Source of the DNA: Macrostomum lignano
Lineage: Eukaryota
Reading direction: 5' to 3'
NCBI GenBank assembly: GCA_002269645.1
Contig: NIVC01000457.1
Coordinates: forward strand, 1 to 32,941
DNA: 32,941 nucleotides
Both the position numbers and the translations under genes were made by a program. Below, one piece after another: positions 1-11,744 of the stretch; position 1 is the stretch's first letter; every line of letters starts with the position of its first letter. The notes below the pieces were generated by a model. It saw only the letters and a list, made by a program, of their open reading frames with translations, did no database searches and was not told the origin of the DNA.

Positions 1-70
1 CAATTGGGGAGGAACTAAGTTGCAATTGGGAGGAACTAAGTTGCAAATCTGGACAAAACTAAGTTGCACT
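1..70. repeat. Tail of ~21-bp tandem repeat (GGGAGGAACTAAGTTGCAATT)
   Basis: About 3 copies of AACTAAGTTGCA at the window start. Confidence 0.75.
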
Positions 71-286
71 GGACAGCAGGATATTATAAAAGCTATATTC
101 TAAAAAATGGCATTTTTTAATATATTTTGCCCTGCTAACAATATTGGCATACACTTGCATATAAATTTTTCAAGTTCAACATTACTATTAGTCCATAGTT
201 TGGAAAGCAATATGTACACCAGGATTTCTTAGTATTAGAACAAAGTTCTTATTATTATTCAGCATATATCAGGATATATCTTAGCA

Positions 287-551
287 CATACATGCGCAAC
301 CCCCCCTGATTTATACTGGCTATGCAACTTACACCAAAAATATGACTTACCTGTGAAAGAAACCCTAATGCAATTTTGGGTAAACAGCAGGAGTAACTAT
401 GACTGTCTTATAAGGGCTAAATGCCTTATTATCTAATTAGTACTACATCTGTATTCTTTAGGCTGGGCATTTTTGTGACTTTACTTACCCCTAGTCCACC
501 ACAATTTACGGTGGCCAGATCGGCCAGGTTGCCAGTAGTTGTGCATGTATG
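287..551. mobile_element. MITE, hAT-type (265 bp), in CKS intron
   Basis: 14-bp TIRs CATACATGCGCAAC (287-300) / GTTGTGCATGTATG (538-551), 1 mismatch; perfect 8-bp TSD TCTTAGCA at 279-286 and 552-559. Confidence 0.85.
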
Positions 552-1956
552 TCTTAGCATACGCATAACATGACATAGCAGATACATTGTATCAAATGAT
601 AATTTTTTATATTGGCAACACAAACCTGGTTTTGCCATTTTCTGATATTAAACTTAGCAAACAATAATAATAATATGAACTATGGATATTAGTATACACA
701 GTTGGCATACAAAAGTAGCCAAGATTAGACTAGTTAATATATATAATACAATTAAATATTAGGGCCTAGGCCTAATCAAAGAAAGCTTTTAAAAAAATAA
801 ATGAAACCAAAATTAGAAAATAATAATGCAACTTACTATTACTAAGAAAACAAAAGTAAAATAAATAATAATAGTTTTGAACATTAACATTATTAAAGTT
901 TAGTAAAAACTTATGTTAGAGCTAAAAATGTTTTATAAAAAAACTTAGTATATAAACAAACTTTATACTATGCATATATTTTTATTTACATTGGCATAAA
1001 ATTGGAATACCGAGAATTTTAATTCTAGCATGTGCCTGACATGATTCACCAGGATGGAATTTTTGTATTTCTTAAGTCAAACGGAATTATGCAATTTTTT
1101 TATGGCATGCAATATATTTTATTGGTTGCATTTTTTATTTTGGTACTTAGCACATCACAAAATGGTAAATAAGACAATAATGAAAATGCATTCTAAGAAA
1201 ATGTAGTGATTTGAATTTTGTCCAAATATGTATCTTAGAGAATGTTACAGTTTCTACTTTTCATAGAATTTTTTTGAATTTTTACTTTTGTGCCTTATTT
1301 AGTTTTTTACTTTTTATTCTTTTTTTCTTTGTGATCTTAGCTAGTAGGATTATCTTTTGCAAAATCCAATATCTCAAGCGCACTTTTGCATATATTAAGA
1401 ATTAGAAATTTTGTTTGAAATTCTGTGACGCATTTTTTCCAAATTTTTGGACACAAAATTGCATTTTTTCGTGCAATTGCATAATGCAAAAATGCGTTGT
1501 GATTTTTCTGCAAGAATTCCATTCAGGATGATTCAGACTATAGGATAAGTCTAGACCACTTTCTATGCCAGAATTTTTCATGAAAAAACAAAGGAAATTC
1601 CTAACTATGAATTAAAGACAATTGTAGTGGAGTAGGCTAGGCCTAGGAAAAAGCTAAAATTTTATAAACTAATGTTTGACACAATGGCTTAGATACATGA
1701 AATCAGTTGCTATTTCGAGTTGCTAATAACTGGGCTTAAGAAAGCATCCTTTTGGTCTTTATTAAAATCTGAAGACTTAACTGACATAATCTTTTATGAA
1801 AATTCTTTGTATTATTGCCCTCCTAAGCAGGATTCTAAGCTTCATATAAAAATATGATTGCAGACTCGGAACGTATACTGATAATATACAGATACAAAGA
1901 TTTAAAAATGTAATACTAGCCTACTAGGCTTAGCGTATACTACTAGTCAAGCTTAC

Positions 1957-2036
1957 CGGTATTCATAAACGTCGTCTCTGTACTTTTCAGAGTAATAGAT
2001 TTTCTTCCGTAGTGCTGGGTCAATGTAGTGAGCCAT
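1957..2036 (-). CDS. CKS1: Cyclin-dependent kinase regulatory subunit (CKS1/Suc1 family), first coding exon; gene continues left of the window
   Basis: Minus strand reads MAHYIDPALRKKIYYSEKYRDDVYEY+cg, then GTAAGC donor. Matches the CKS N-terminal motif (IYYSDKY.D..FEYR) with a phase-2 intron in the Arg codon. A TTTTTCAG acceptor lies 5 nt upstream of the ATG. No convincing exon 2 in 1-1950. Confidence 0.85.
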
Positions 2037-2329
2037 TGGAACTGAAAAAATGCTGTTCAGGGGATAAATAGCTCAACGTCAGATTGTGAAAAATTGTTTC
2101 CTGGTCTTAAAGAAATGCTTGCTTCGGAAACATGATCTCAAATTCACACAAAGAACGCGCTTGAAATTATTAAAGTTGTATTTCACTGAAACAAAAAATA
2201 ACTATTGTACAACGACTCTGCCTTCAGCGAGCATTGCTTACAGAAAAATAAACTCAGAAATGTTTTGAGTAGTCTTATTTTAGGTACAACATCTATTTTT
2301 TTATTTTTGGTATCTTAAAGATAACTCAC

Positions 2330-2412
2330 GTTTGAATGGCGAATAGAGCGTGGACTCGGCGCGAGAGTTGGCACATGTGAGAAAAAAAGTGTGCAATCTA
2401 GCTTTAATGGAG
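2330..2412. promoter_or_regulatory. Candidate compact bidirectional promoter / first-exon zone for CKS (-) and TTLL6 (+)
   Basis: Minus-strand donor AAC|GTGAGT at 2330 and plus-strand donor ATGGAG|GTAAGC at 2412 face away from each other; GC/CpG-richer than the flanks. Confidence 0.35.
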
Positions 2413-3058
2413 GTAAGCCTTTCGTATTATGTGTAGTTGTCTTCCAGAAAAACCTTTTATTTACTAGTATCTTTGTCAATTGGATCTGTATATTTTTGGA
2501 TGCGAAGAAAGAACGACTTAAGAACGTCCTTGCGCATCCTACAACATGTATGTTAATTAAAAACCATGCCCAGCATTTTGCGGCAATTTCATCGTGAATA
2601 CACTTCCTAGATCGCAATCACTGTGCCTTAAAATAACTTATGTAGGAAGCTAAGGATACAACCGGTAGAAAATATATTGAAGAACTAGCTGTGGAGCAAT
2701 AGTAAATATATTAGTCTAGCTGCCTATTTTATACCTCTATAAGTTTCTTATGTCGATTCGGCAATTAGAGCAATCGCTCCTAGAAAGCTTTTATCGATAT
2801 TAATTTTGAGGATAGAGTAATTTTGTAATTTTATAAACTTATTGAAAGATACGAGCGTATAGAAATTCTGTTCTCTAAGATTTTCAATGCTCCGTTGCAT
2901 GTTTTTTATGTTTTATACTCACCCGTATTTTGCCATTGATGATTCTGCAATCGATAAGTTACAACTAGAAAACTAAATATAAAAATCGGGGAATGAAGCA
3001 CCGCTTTTTACCTCTTAGAACCCCACAACTTTTCTTCCATAGAATGTACTCCTATTGA

Positions 3059-6000
3059 ACTAGCACGCATGCCGGTCGTAACCAGCAGTCGTTGGATCCG
3101 GCCGATTTGCTCGATCCATACGATGATTCAGACGAAGCGTCACTTCAGTCGTTTTCGGCTAGCGAAGACAATGAAGATGACGTTGAAAACTACGAGGAGG
3201 GAGGCGAGCCTGACGAGCCGCTGACGCTGGAGATGACCCCAAACAGAGTCTATTGCAGCCGGATTCTTACAGCGAAAATTTGACGAAGAAGATGAAGGGG
3301 AAGGTGAGGAGGACGAGGCCGCTAGTGAGCTTCTATCCGGCCTAGTAGAGCAACCCCTATCGGGGCTGGAGCTTGCGCCGTTGGAAACGAAAAAGAAGAG
3401 GAAAAAGAGGTGCAAATGTTTTTCTGTTATATAAATTCTGACACGTCCAACTGTCTCGCATCTTAAAACTACTGAACAATAACTTAATGTTACTATTTCA
3501 AGAAATTAGCCTCATCTTAAACGATTTTACTGTCTTATTTTAGAGTCTACACAATCTGTTCGTCCAACTGTAAATACGATGTTGGTAAGTTTATGTAAAT
3601 GTTAATTTACTAGTACATGCAGTTCATGCTGGACCTTGTGAACTTTTTTACTGCTTAATTGTTGAAATTTTCCTAACTCAGTGCGCAACTGCGCGAAGAA
3701 ACTTGGCCTTAGAGAGGCAGACGAAAATGACGATTGGAACGTGTTCTGGACTGACACCGCTGTCTCCATGGATCGAGCTTGCGCAATGAGAAAATACCAG
3801 GCAAGATTGATAAATAATTCCTGTGTTAACAATTCATAATCATAGAGTAATTGTCTTTAATAATTGGATTTTGAATTTACAGAAAATTAATCACTTTCCT
3901 GGAATGTCGGAGATCTGTCGGAAAGATTGTCTAGCCAGAAATTTGAGCCGAATGCGCCGCCTGTTTCCTAAGGAGTTCAACATTGCGCCCAGAACGTGGG
4001 TGCTGCCTGCCGAGTGAGTGCGGGACGCGGGGAAAAAGATATCCATGGACTGGGTTGAGATGCAGGGAGAGAGATAAAATGCAGAGAGAGAGATGCCGGG
4101 GTGAGATTCAGGGAGAGGGATGAGATGCAGGGAGAGGGGTGAGATGCACAGAAAGAGAAAGGGACGAGATGCAGGGAGAGGGGTGAGATGCACAGAAAGA
4201 GAAAGGGACGAGATGCAGGGAGAGGTATGAAATGCAGGGAGAGGAGTGAGATACAGAAAGAGAGAGATGAGATGCAGGGAGAGGGGTGAAATGCATTGAA
4301 ACTGGGAAAGGGATGAAATGCAGAGAGAGGTGGCTGAGATGCAGGGAGAGAGAGATAAGATAGACGGAGAGGGGTGAGATGCAGTGAAAGAGAGAGGGAC
4401 GAAAGGCAGGGAGAGGGGTGAGACGCACACACACACAGACACAGAGAGAGAGAGAGAGATGACATGCAGAGAGAGGGATGAAATTTAGAGAGAGGGGGTG
4501 AGATGCAGGGAGAGGGATGAAATTTAGAGAGAGGGGGTGAGATGCAGGGAGAGGGATGAAAATACAGAGAGTACTTCATGCATCCATCTGCGGTTGTGCA
4601 GTAGTGTTCGCATCAGGTTTCACATAACTAAGCTCTAAGGTTAGGACCTCTGTCAGCTATTCATTCGGACATCAACACAGTTATTTTTCATATGTCTCAC
4701 AGATTCTATTTATTCATAATCAATTTCAAGCCTTAAAGAAGAACTATCTCTAATATATAATACTGGCATAAGAGTGGCTGTTGAGACGAACATATATAAT
4801 TTTTTTCAGCGGCCAAGAGCAGCGAGTGTTAAAAAGAAGAAAAAGCAATAAAACACTGATACACCCCCCACAAAATTCTGCTGCTATTTTTCGTGCCCAG
4901 GTAAAACTTGCCTTGCCTACCTAGGGCTTCGGGGCTATTGTAATGCTGACTACTCCAATGCTAGAGACTTTATTTTCGCCATCTTTGAAGACATTTCGGT
5001 CGCCGTAGTCAGCTTAGTCTCATTATATAGCCTTGGAAATTGGCCTGAGAAAAAACTGCAGAGTTCAACTGTTCTATCTTCTATACACTGCTTAATAGTT
5101 TGTTTTAAATGCGTTTATTTTTAACTAGAATGGCACCCATGCCAGGCGTGAATTGCTAGCGGACCAAGTATTTCTAATCGTCTTTCTCATCTAGTTTCTT
5201 GTTTTTAGCTCATTTGGATTCCTGCAACTGGCTGTCTGAGCCACCCATGGAGATCTTTAAATAAAATCTGGAGTACCAACTCTCATCTAAACCTTTTCTC
5301 TAAACCCTGCCGAGTTTCCTTTCTAAACCCCGATGAGTTTCCTTTCTAAACCCCGATGAGTTTCATCTCTGATCTAAACCCCGACGAGTTTCCTCTCTAA
5401 ACCCCGATGAGTTTCCTCTCTAAACCCCGATGAGTTTCCTTTCTAAACCCCGATGAGTTTCCTTTCTAAACCCCGATGAGTTTCCTCTCTAAACCCCGAT
5501 GAGTTTCCTTTCTAAACCCCGATGAGTTTCCTTTCTAAACCCCGATGAGTTTCCTTTCTAAACCCCGATGAGTTTCATCTCTGATCTAAACCCCGACGAG
5601 TTTCCTCTCTAAACCCCGATGAGTTTCCTCTCTAAACCCCGATGAGTTTCCTTTCTAATACCCAGATGAGTTTCCTCTCTGATCTAAACCCCGACGAGTT
5701 TCCTCTCTAAACCCCGATGAGTTTCCTCTCTAAACCCCGATGAGTTTCCTTTCTAAACCCCGATGAGTTTCCTTTCTAAACCCCGATGAGTTTCCTTTCT
5801 AAACCCGATGAGTTTCCTTTCTAAACCCCGATGAGTTTCCTCTCTAAACCCCGATGAGTTTCCTTTCTAATACCCAGATGAGTTTCCTCTCTGATCTAAA
5901 CCCCGACGAGTTTCCTCTCTAAACCCCGACGAGTTTCCTTTCTAAACCCCGATGAGTTTCCTCTCTAAACCCCGACGAGTTTCCTCTCTAAACCCCGATG

Positions 6001-9000
6001 AGTTTCCTCTCTAAACCCCGATGAGTTTCCTTTCTAAACCCCGATGAGTTTCCTTTCTAAACCCCGATGAGTTTCCTTTCTAAACCCCGATGAGTTTCCT
6101 CTCTGATCTAAACCCCGATGAGTTTCATTTCTGATCCACCCCGATGAGCTCTATCTCTCAGACCCTGCTGAGTTTTATCTCTAAACTCTGCCGAGTTTCA
6201 TCTCTAAACCCTGATGAGTTTCCTCTCTAAACCCCGATGAGTTTCCTCTCTAAACCCCGATGAGTTTCCTCTCTAAACCCCGATTAGTTTCCTCTCTAAA
6301 CCCCGATGAGTTTCCTCTCTAAACCCCGATAAGTTTCCACTCTAAACCCCGATGAGTTTTCTCTCTAAACCCCGATGAGTTTCATCTCTAAACCCCGATG
6401 AGTTTCCTCTCTAAACCCCGATGAGTTTCCTCTCTAAACCCCGATGAGTTTCCTCTCTAAACCCCGATGAGTTTCCTTTCTAATACCCAGATGAGTTTCC
6501 TCTCTGATCTAAACCCCGACGAGTTTCCTCTCTAAACCCCGATGAGTTTCCTCTCTAAACCCCGATGAGTTTCCTTTCTAAACCCCGATGAGTTTCCTCT
6601 CTAAACCCCGATGAGTTTCCTTTCTAAACCCCGATGAGTTTCCTTTCTAAACCCCGATGAGTTTCCTCTCTAAACCCCGATGAGTTTCCTTTCTAATACC
6701 CAGATGAGTTTCCTCTCTGATCTAAACCCCGACGAGTTTCCTCTCTAAACCCCGACGAGTTTCCTTTCTAAACCCCGATGAGTTTCCTCTCTAAACCCCG
6801 ACGAGTTTCCTCTCTAAACCCCGATGAGTTTCCTCTCTAAACCCCGATGAGTTTCCTTTCTAAACCCCGATGAGTTTCCTTTCTAAACCCCGATGAGTTT
6901 CCTTTCTAAACCCCGATGAGTTTCCTCTCTGATCTAAACCCCGATGAGTTTCATTTCTGATCCACCCCGATGAGCTCTATCTCTCAGACCCTGCTGAGTT
7001 TTATCTCTAAACTCTGCCGAGTTTCATCTCTAAACCCTGATGAGTTTCCTCTCTAAACCCCGATGAGTTTCCTCTCTAAACCCCGATGAGTTTCCTCTCT
7101 AAACCCCGATTAGTTTCCTCTCTAAACCCCGATGAGTTTTCTCTCTAAACCCCGATGAGTTTCATCTCTAAACCCCGATGAGTTTCCTCTCTAAACCCCG
7201 ATGAGTTTCCTCTCTAAACCCCGATGAGTTTCCTCTCTAAACCCCGATGAGTTTCCTTTCTAAACCCCGATGAGTTTCCTCTCTAAACCCCGATGAGTTT
7301 CCTTTCTAAACCCCGATGAGTTTCCTTTCTAAACCCCGATGAGTTTCATCTCTGATCTACCCCGATGAGCTCTATCTTTCAGACCCTGCTGAGTTTTATC
7401 TCTAAACTCTGCCGAGTTTCATCTCTAAACCCTGATGAGTTTCAAGATGATTTTCAAGAGGGAAAAGAATGTTTCCGGAAGACTTTCACTCCAGTCACTG
7501 GTTCTATAGGCCTCCTTGATTAACTGGAGTTTGCAGACTGTCGGAATTGTGGGCCGTTATATTTTAGCGACACAAGAATGAAAGATTTTGAAACTGATTG
7601 TCCAGTCGTCTATTCAAATATTTGCTTTTTACGTGGACTAAAAATGTACACACGCAGAAAGGTACACTCACATCAAACTGGGCTAGCGCTCTCTTCTTTT
7701 CTCCGTTGGTTTGCAATTCATCCAAGATGAGTTAAAGAGTATTAATAATTTTATGAACTTTTATCTACTAATTGAAATCTTTCAGCTACGCCGACCTGCA
7801 AGCTTATGCTCGTTCAAGGAAGCACCGAACTTACATTCTTAAACCCGATGCTGGTTGCCAGGGACGCGGAATCTGGTTCACCCGCTGCGTTAAGGATATC
7901 AAACCAACAGATAACTTGGTGTGCCAGCTCTACGTGTCACGGGTTTGTACTTTTAACTGGTACATATGAATGAGCGGAGAGCCGATTTTCGGTAGGACAC
8001 CCTTCCCCCGATTCATTTGCCTACCACCCTTTCTCCCGATGAATTAGCCCACCACCGCTTCTCGCGATGAATTAGCCCACCACCCCTTCGCGCGATGAAT
8101 TAGCCCACCACCCCTTCGCGCGTTCAATTAGCCCACCACCCGTTCGCGCGATCAATTAGCCCACCACCCGTTCGCGCGATCAATTAGACCACCACCCCTT
8201 CGCGCGATCAATTAGCCCACCACCCCTTCTCGAGATCAACTAGACCACCACCGCTTCTCACGATCAATTAGCACACCACCCCTTCGCGCGATCAATTAGC
8301 CCACCACCCCTTCTCGCGATCAATTAGCCCACCACCCCTTCTTGAGATCAACTAGACCACCACCGCTTCTCGCGATCAATTAGCACACCACCCATTCGCG
8401 CGATCAATTAGCCCACCACCCCTTCTCGAGATCAATTAGACCACCACCACTTCTCGCGATCAATTAGCACACCACCCATTTGCGCGATCAATTAGCCCAC
8501 CACCCCTTCTCGAGATCAATTAGACCACCACCCCTTCTCGAGATCAATTAGCCCACCACCACTTCTCGCGATCAATTAGCACACCACCCATTTGCGCGAT
8601 CAATTAGCCCACCACCCCTTCTCGAGATCAATTAGACCACCACCCCTTCGCGCGATCAGTTAGCCCACCACACCTTCTCGAGATCAATTAGACCACCACC
8701 CCTTCTCCCGATCAGTTAGTCCACCACCCCTTCTCGAGATCAATTAGCCCACCACCCCTTCACGCGATCAGTTAGCACACCACCCATTTGCGCGATCAAT
8801 TAGCCCACCACCCCTTCTCGAGATCAATTAGACCACCACCCCTTCGCGCGATCAGTTAGCCCACCACACCTTCTCGAGATCAATTAGACCACCACCCCTT
8901 CTCCCGATCAGTTAGTCCACCACCCCTTCTCGAGATCAATTAGCCCACCACCCCTTCGCGCGATCAGTTAGCCCACCACACCTTCTCGAGATCAATTAGA

Positions 9001-11701
9001 CCACCACCCCTTCTCCCGATCCTTCTCCTGGAGTGAACTTTCGATCTGCTGGGTTCAGTAACCTAACTTTCAGGAGGGCCAGCAAACTCTCACGGCACCA
9101 GGGAGTAGGGGATCGGGACAAATGAACTCCTTCCCTGATTTATTAGCCCACCACGCGTTCCTCCTGTCCATTAGATACCGCCACCCCTTTTTAATTTCGG
9201 CAGAAAATTTAAGGAATTATACTATACAAAGCAGAGAAACTACAAACTGATTGGGTGGGGTGACTGAAATTTTGGATTAGTACTTATAGTAATCGGATAC
9301 CTTACGATGTTTGCCTTACCACTCAAAGCTGGCGCCAGCAGAACTTTCTCACGACTGTCTAAAAACAGTGGAAATGTAAATCAATGTTTTTTCTTCCAAT
9401 TCCTTTCACTGACACGCAGCCATTCCTGATTGACGACTATAAATTCGATTTGCGAGTCTACGTTCTGGTTGCCGGGTGCGATCCGTTTCGAATTTTTGTA
9501 TTTAAAGACGGCTTGGCAAGATTCACCACGGTTAAGTATCGGGACCCGTCAGCCGTCAATCTGGTGAGCTGCTCATAAGACTCGAGGGTTGAGGAGGGCA
9601 CGGCGTTGTCCTTTTGAAAGGTCTGGGCGTGAGGTGGGTGCGGTGTTGTCGTTTTGAAGAGGTCTGGGTGTGAGGTGGGTGCGGTGCTTCGTTTTGAAGG
9701 GGTCTGGGCGTGAGGTGGGTGTGGTGCGTCGTTTTGAAGAGCTCTGGGCGTGAGGTGGGTGTGGTGCGTCGTTTTGAAGGGGTCTGGGCGTGAGGTGGGT
9801 GCACTAAGTTGCTGACTTGGAAGGTAGTAGACGTGGCCTTCCTAATTTTCGACTGGGTCGTTAATTCATTGTGTAACGCTGTTTTTTAGGTTGTTTTTAA
9901 GACAGAGGGCCTTGTTATCTTTCTTTTTTGTTTATATCCTCAACCTGATGCAATCAAACCATGAAGCAAGTCGCTGCAATTCCATTCTGTTTTTCAAGGA
10001 CAACGTATACATGCATTTGACTAACTATGCCGTGCAGAAGAACTGTCAACAGTATGTGCGCAACGATGAAGAGGATGGCACTAAAAGGTTTGTAGGACAA
10101 GCATTTCAGCAGGATGAAAACTTTTTAACACTAACCTCATCCCCATGCCAGGCACCCACCTCATCCCCATGCCAGGCACCCACCTCATCCCCATGCCAGA
10201 CACCCACCTCACCCCAATGCCAGGCACCCACCTCACCCCCATGACGGACACCCACCTCACCCCCATGCCAGACACCCACCTAACCCCCATGACGGACACC
10301 CACCTCACGTATTTCTTTTAGACGAATCTCAACCATCAACCGTTGGCTAGCCAAAAATGGCCATGATGTAGCAAAGCTGTGGTCAGACATCGATGACGTC
10401 ATCATCAAGACGATCCTATCGGCGCACGGAGTTCTTCGGCACAACTATCGCAGCTGCTTCCCGGACACCGGTCCGTCATCCGCCTGCTTTGAAATTCTCG
10501 GCTTTGACATCATTCTGGACAGGAGTTTGAGGCCTCTTGTGCTTGAGGTGAGCCACTAGAGGCAGATTCGCTCAGCTACTCAACTACTGTGCTACTCCCC
10601 TTATCTGCCTAGCTACTCCTCTCAGCTGCTGAGCTACTCCCTCAGCTACTGAGCTACTCCCTCAGCTACTGAGCTACTCCTCTCAGCTACTGAGCTACTC
10701 CCTCAGCTACTGAGCTACTCCTCTCAGATGCTGAGCTACTCCCTCAGCTACTGAGCTACTCCCTCAGCCACTGAGCTACTCCTCTCAGCTACTGAGCTAC
10801 TCCCTCAGCTACTGAGCTACTCCTCTCAGCCACTGAGCTACTCCCTCAGCCACTGAGCTACTCCCTCAGCTACTGAGCTACTCCCTCAGCCACTGAGCTA
10901 CTCCCTCAGCCACTGAGCTACTCCCTCAGCCACTGAGCTACTCCTCTCAGCTACTGAGCTACTCCCTCAGCTACTGAGCTACTCCTCTCAGCCACTGAGC
11001 TACTCCCTCAGCCACTGAGCTACTCCCTCAGCTACTGAGCTACTCCCTCAGCCACTGAGCTACTCCCTCAGCCACTGAGCTACTCCCTCAGCCACTGAGC
11101 TACTCCCTCAGCCACTGAGCTACTCCCTCAGCTACTGAGCTACTCCATCAGCTACAGAGTTACTACCTCAGCTTCTCCCCTGAGCTACTCCCTCAGCTAC
11201 TCCCTCAGCTATTATGCAGAGAAACATTAACACATGTCTACTTGCATACAGCAGGTATTGAAATGTACAATTGGCAAAGCTCTCAGCCGTGGCCCAATTC
11301 TATACATCAATGCCCAACGAAAGGGTGGTAAAAGAAACAGCTGGTCCCCCCAATGATCCCATTCATTATCCCTGCCAAAATTCTAGGCCTCAATAGACAC
11401 ACGGCAAACTCTTAGGAGACTTCCTGAAGACGGTTTTAAGTCCTCCAGACGACCCCGACTTCTTCCTTCTTTCGTCCTCATTTTGCTGCATCCTCTTTGC
11501 TGTATTTTTTAAAGAAGTATTCCAGTCGCCTTACAGCTGCACAGACAGAGCTGCAATAAAAAAATCGCTCAAGTTTGCCTTCCTTTGTAGTCCAGCCATG
11601 AAGGCCTATAGGAGTCTAGACCTGCACCGGGAATACCGGGGTCTTCCCGTTTAGCACCCCTCGTTTTTAGACAACTGTAGGCTCCACTGCAGTTTATTCA
11701 C

Positions 11702-11744
<43 letters not shown>

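Noticed and set aside
490-572. HVMRMLRH...GGLG|gtaagt as CKS exon 2
   Set aside because: Lacks the conserved LPK, EWR and QQS residues and lies mostly inside the MITE.
3056-3064. TGA followed by ACTAG as a readthrough or selenocysteine signal
   Set aside because: Not the TGA-CTAG readthrough context; no SECIS recognised; the N-terminal region is non-conserved.
3891-4579. Long minus-strand ORFs (183, 200, 108 aa)
   Set aside because: Translations of the AG-rich repeat.
4810-4900. TTTTTCAG...CAG|GTAAAA as a TTLL6 cassette exon
   Set aside because: 91 nt, would frameshift the TTL domain; no homology. At most a poison exon, unsupported without RNA data.
4945-5013. 9-bp inverted repeat GCTGACTAC/GTAGTCAGC
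   Set aside because: Too short, no TSD, does not extend; expected by chance in 33 kb.
5290-7445. TAAACCC in the 23-mer as a plant-type telomeric repeat or telo-box
   Set aside because: One partial heptamer per unit, never tandem (CCCTAAA)n; chance similarity is likely.
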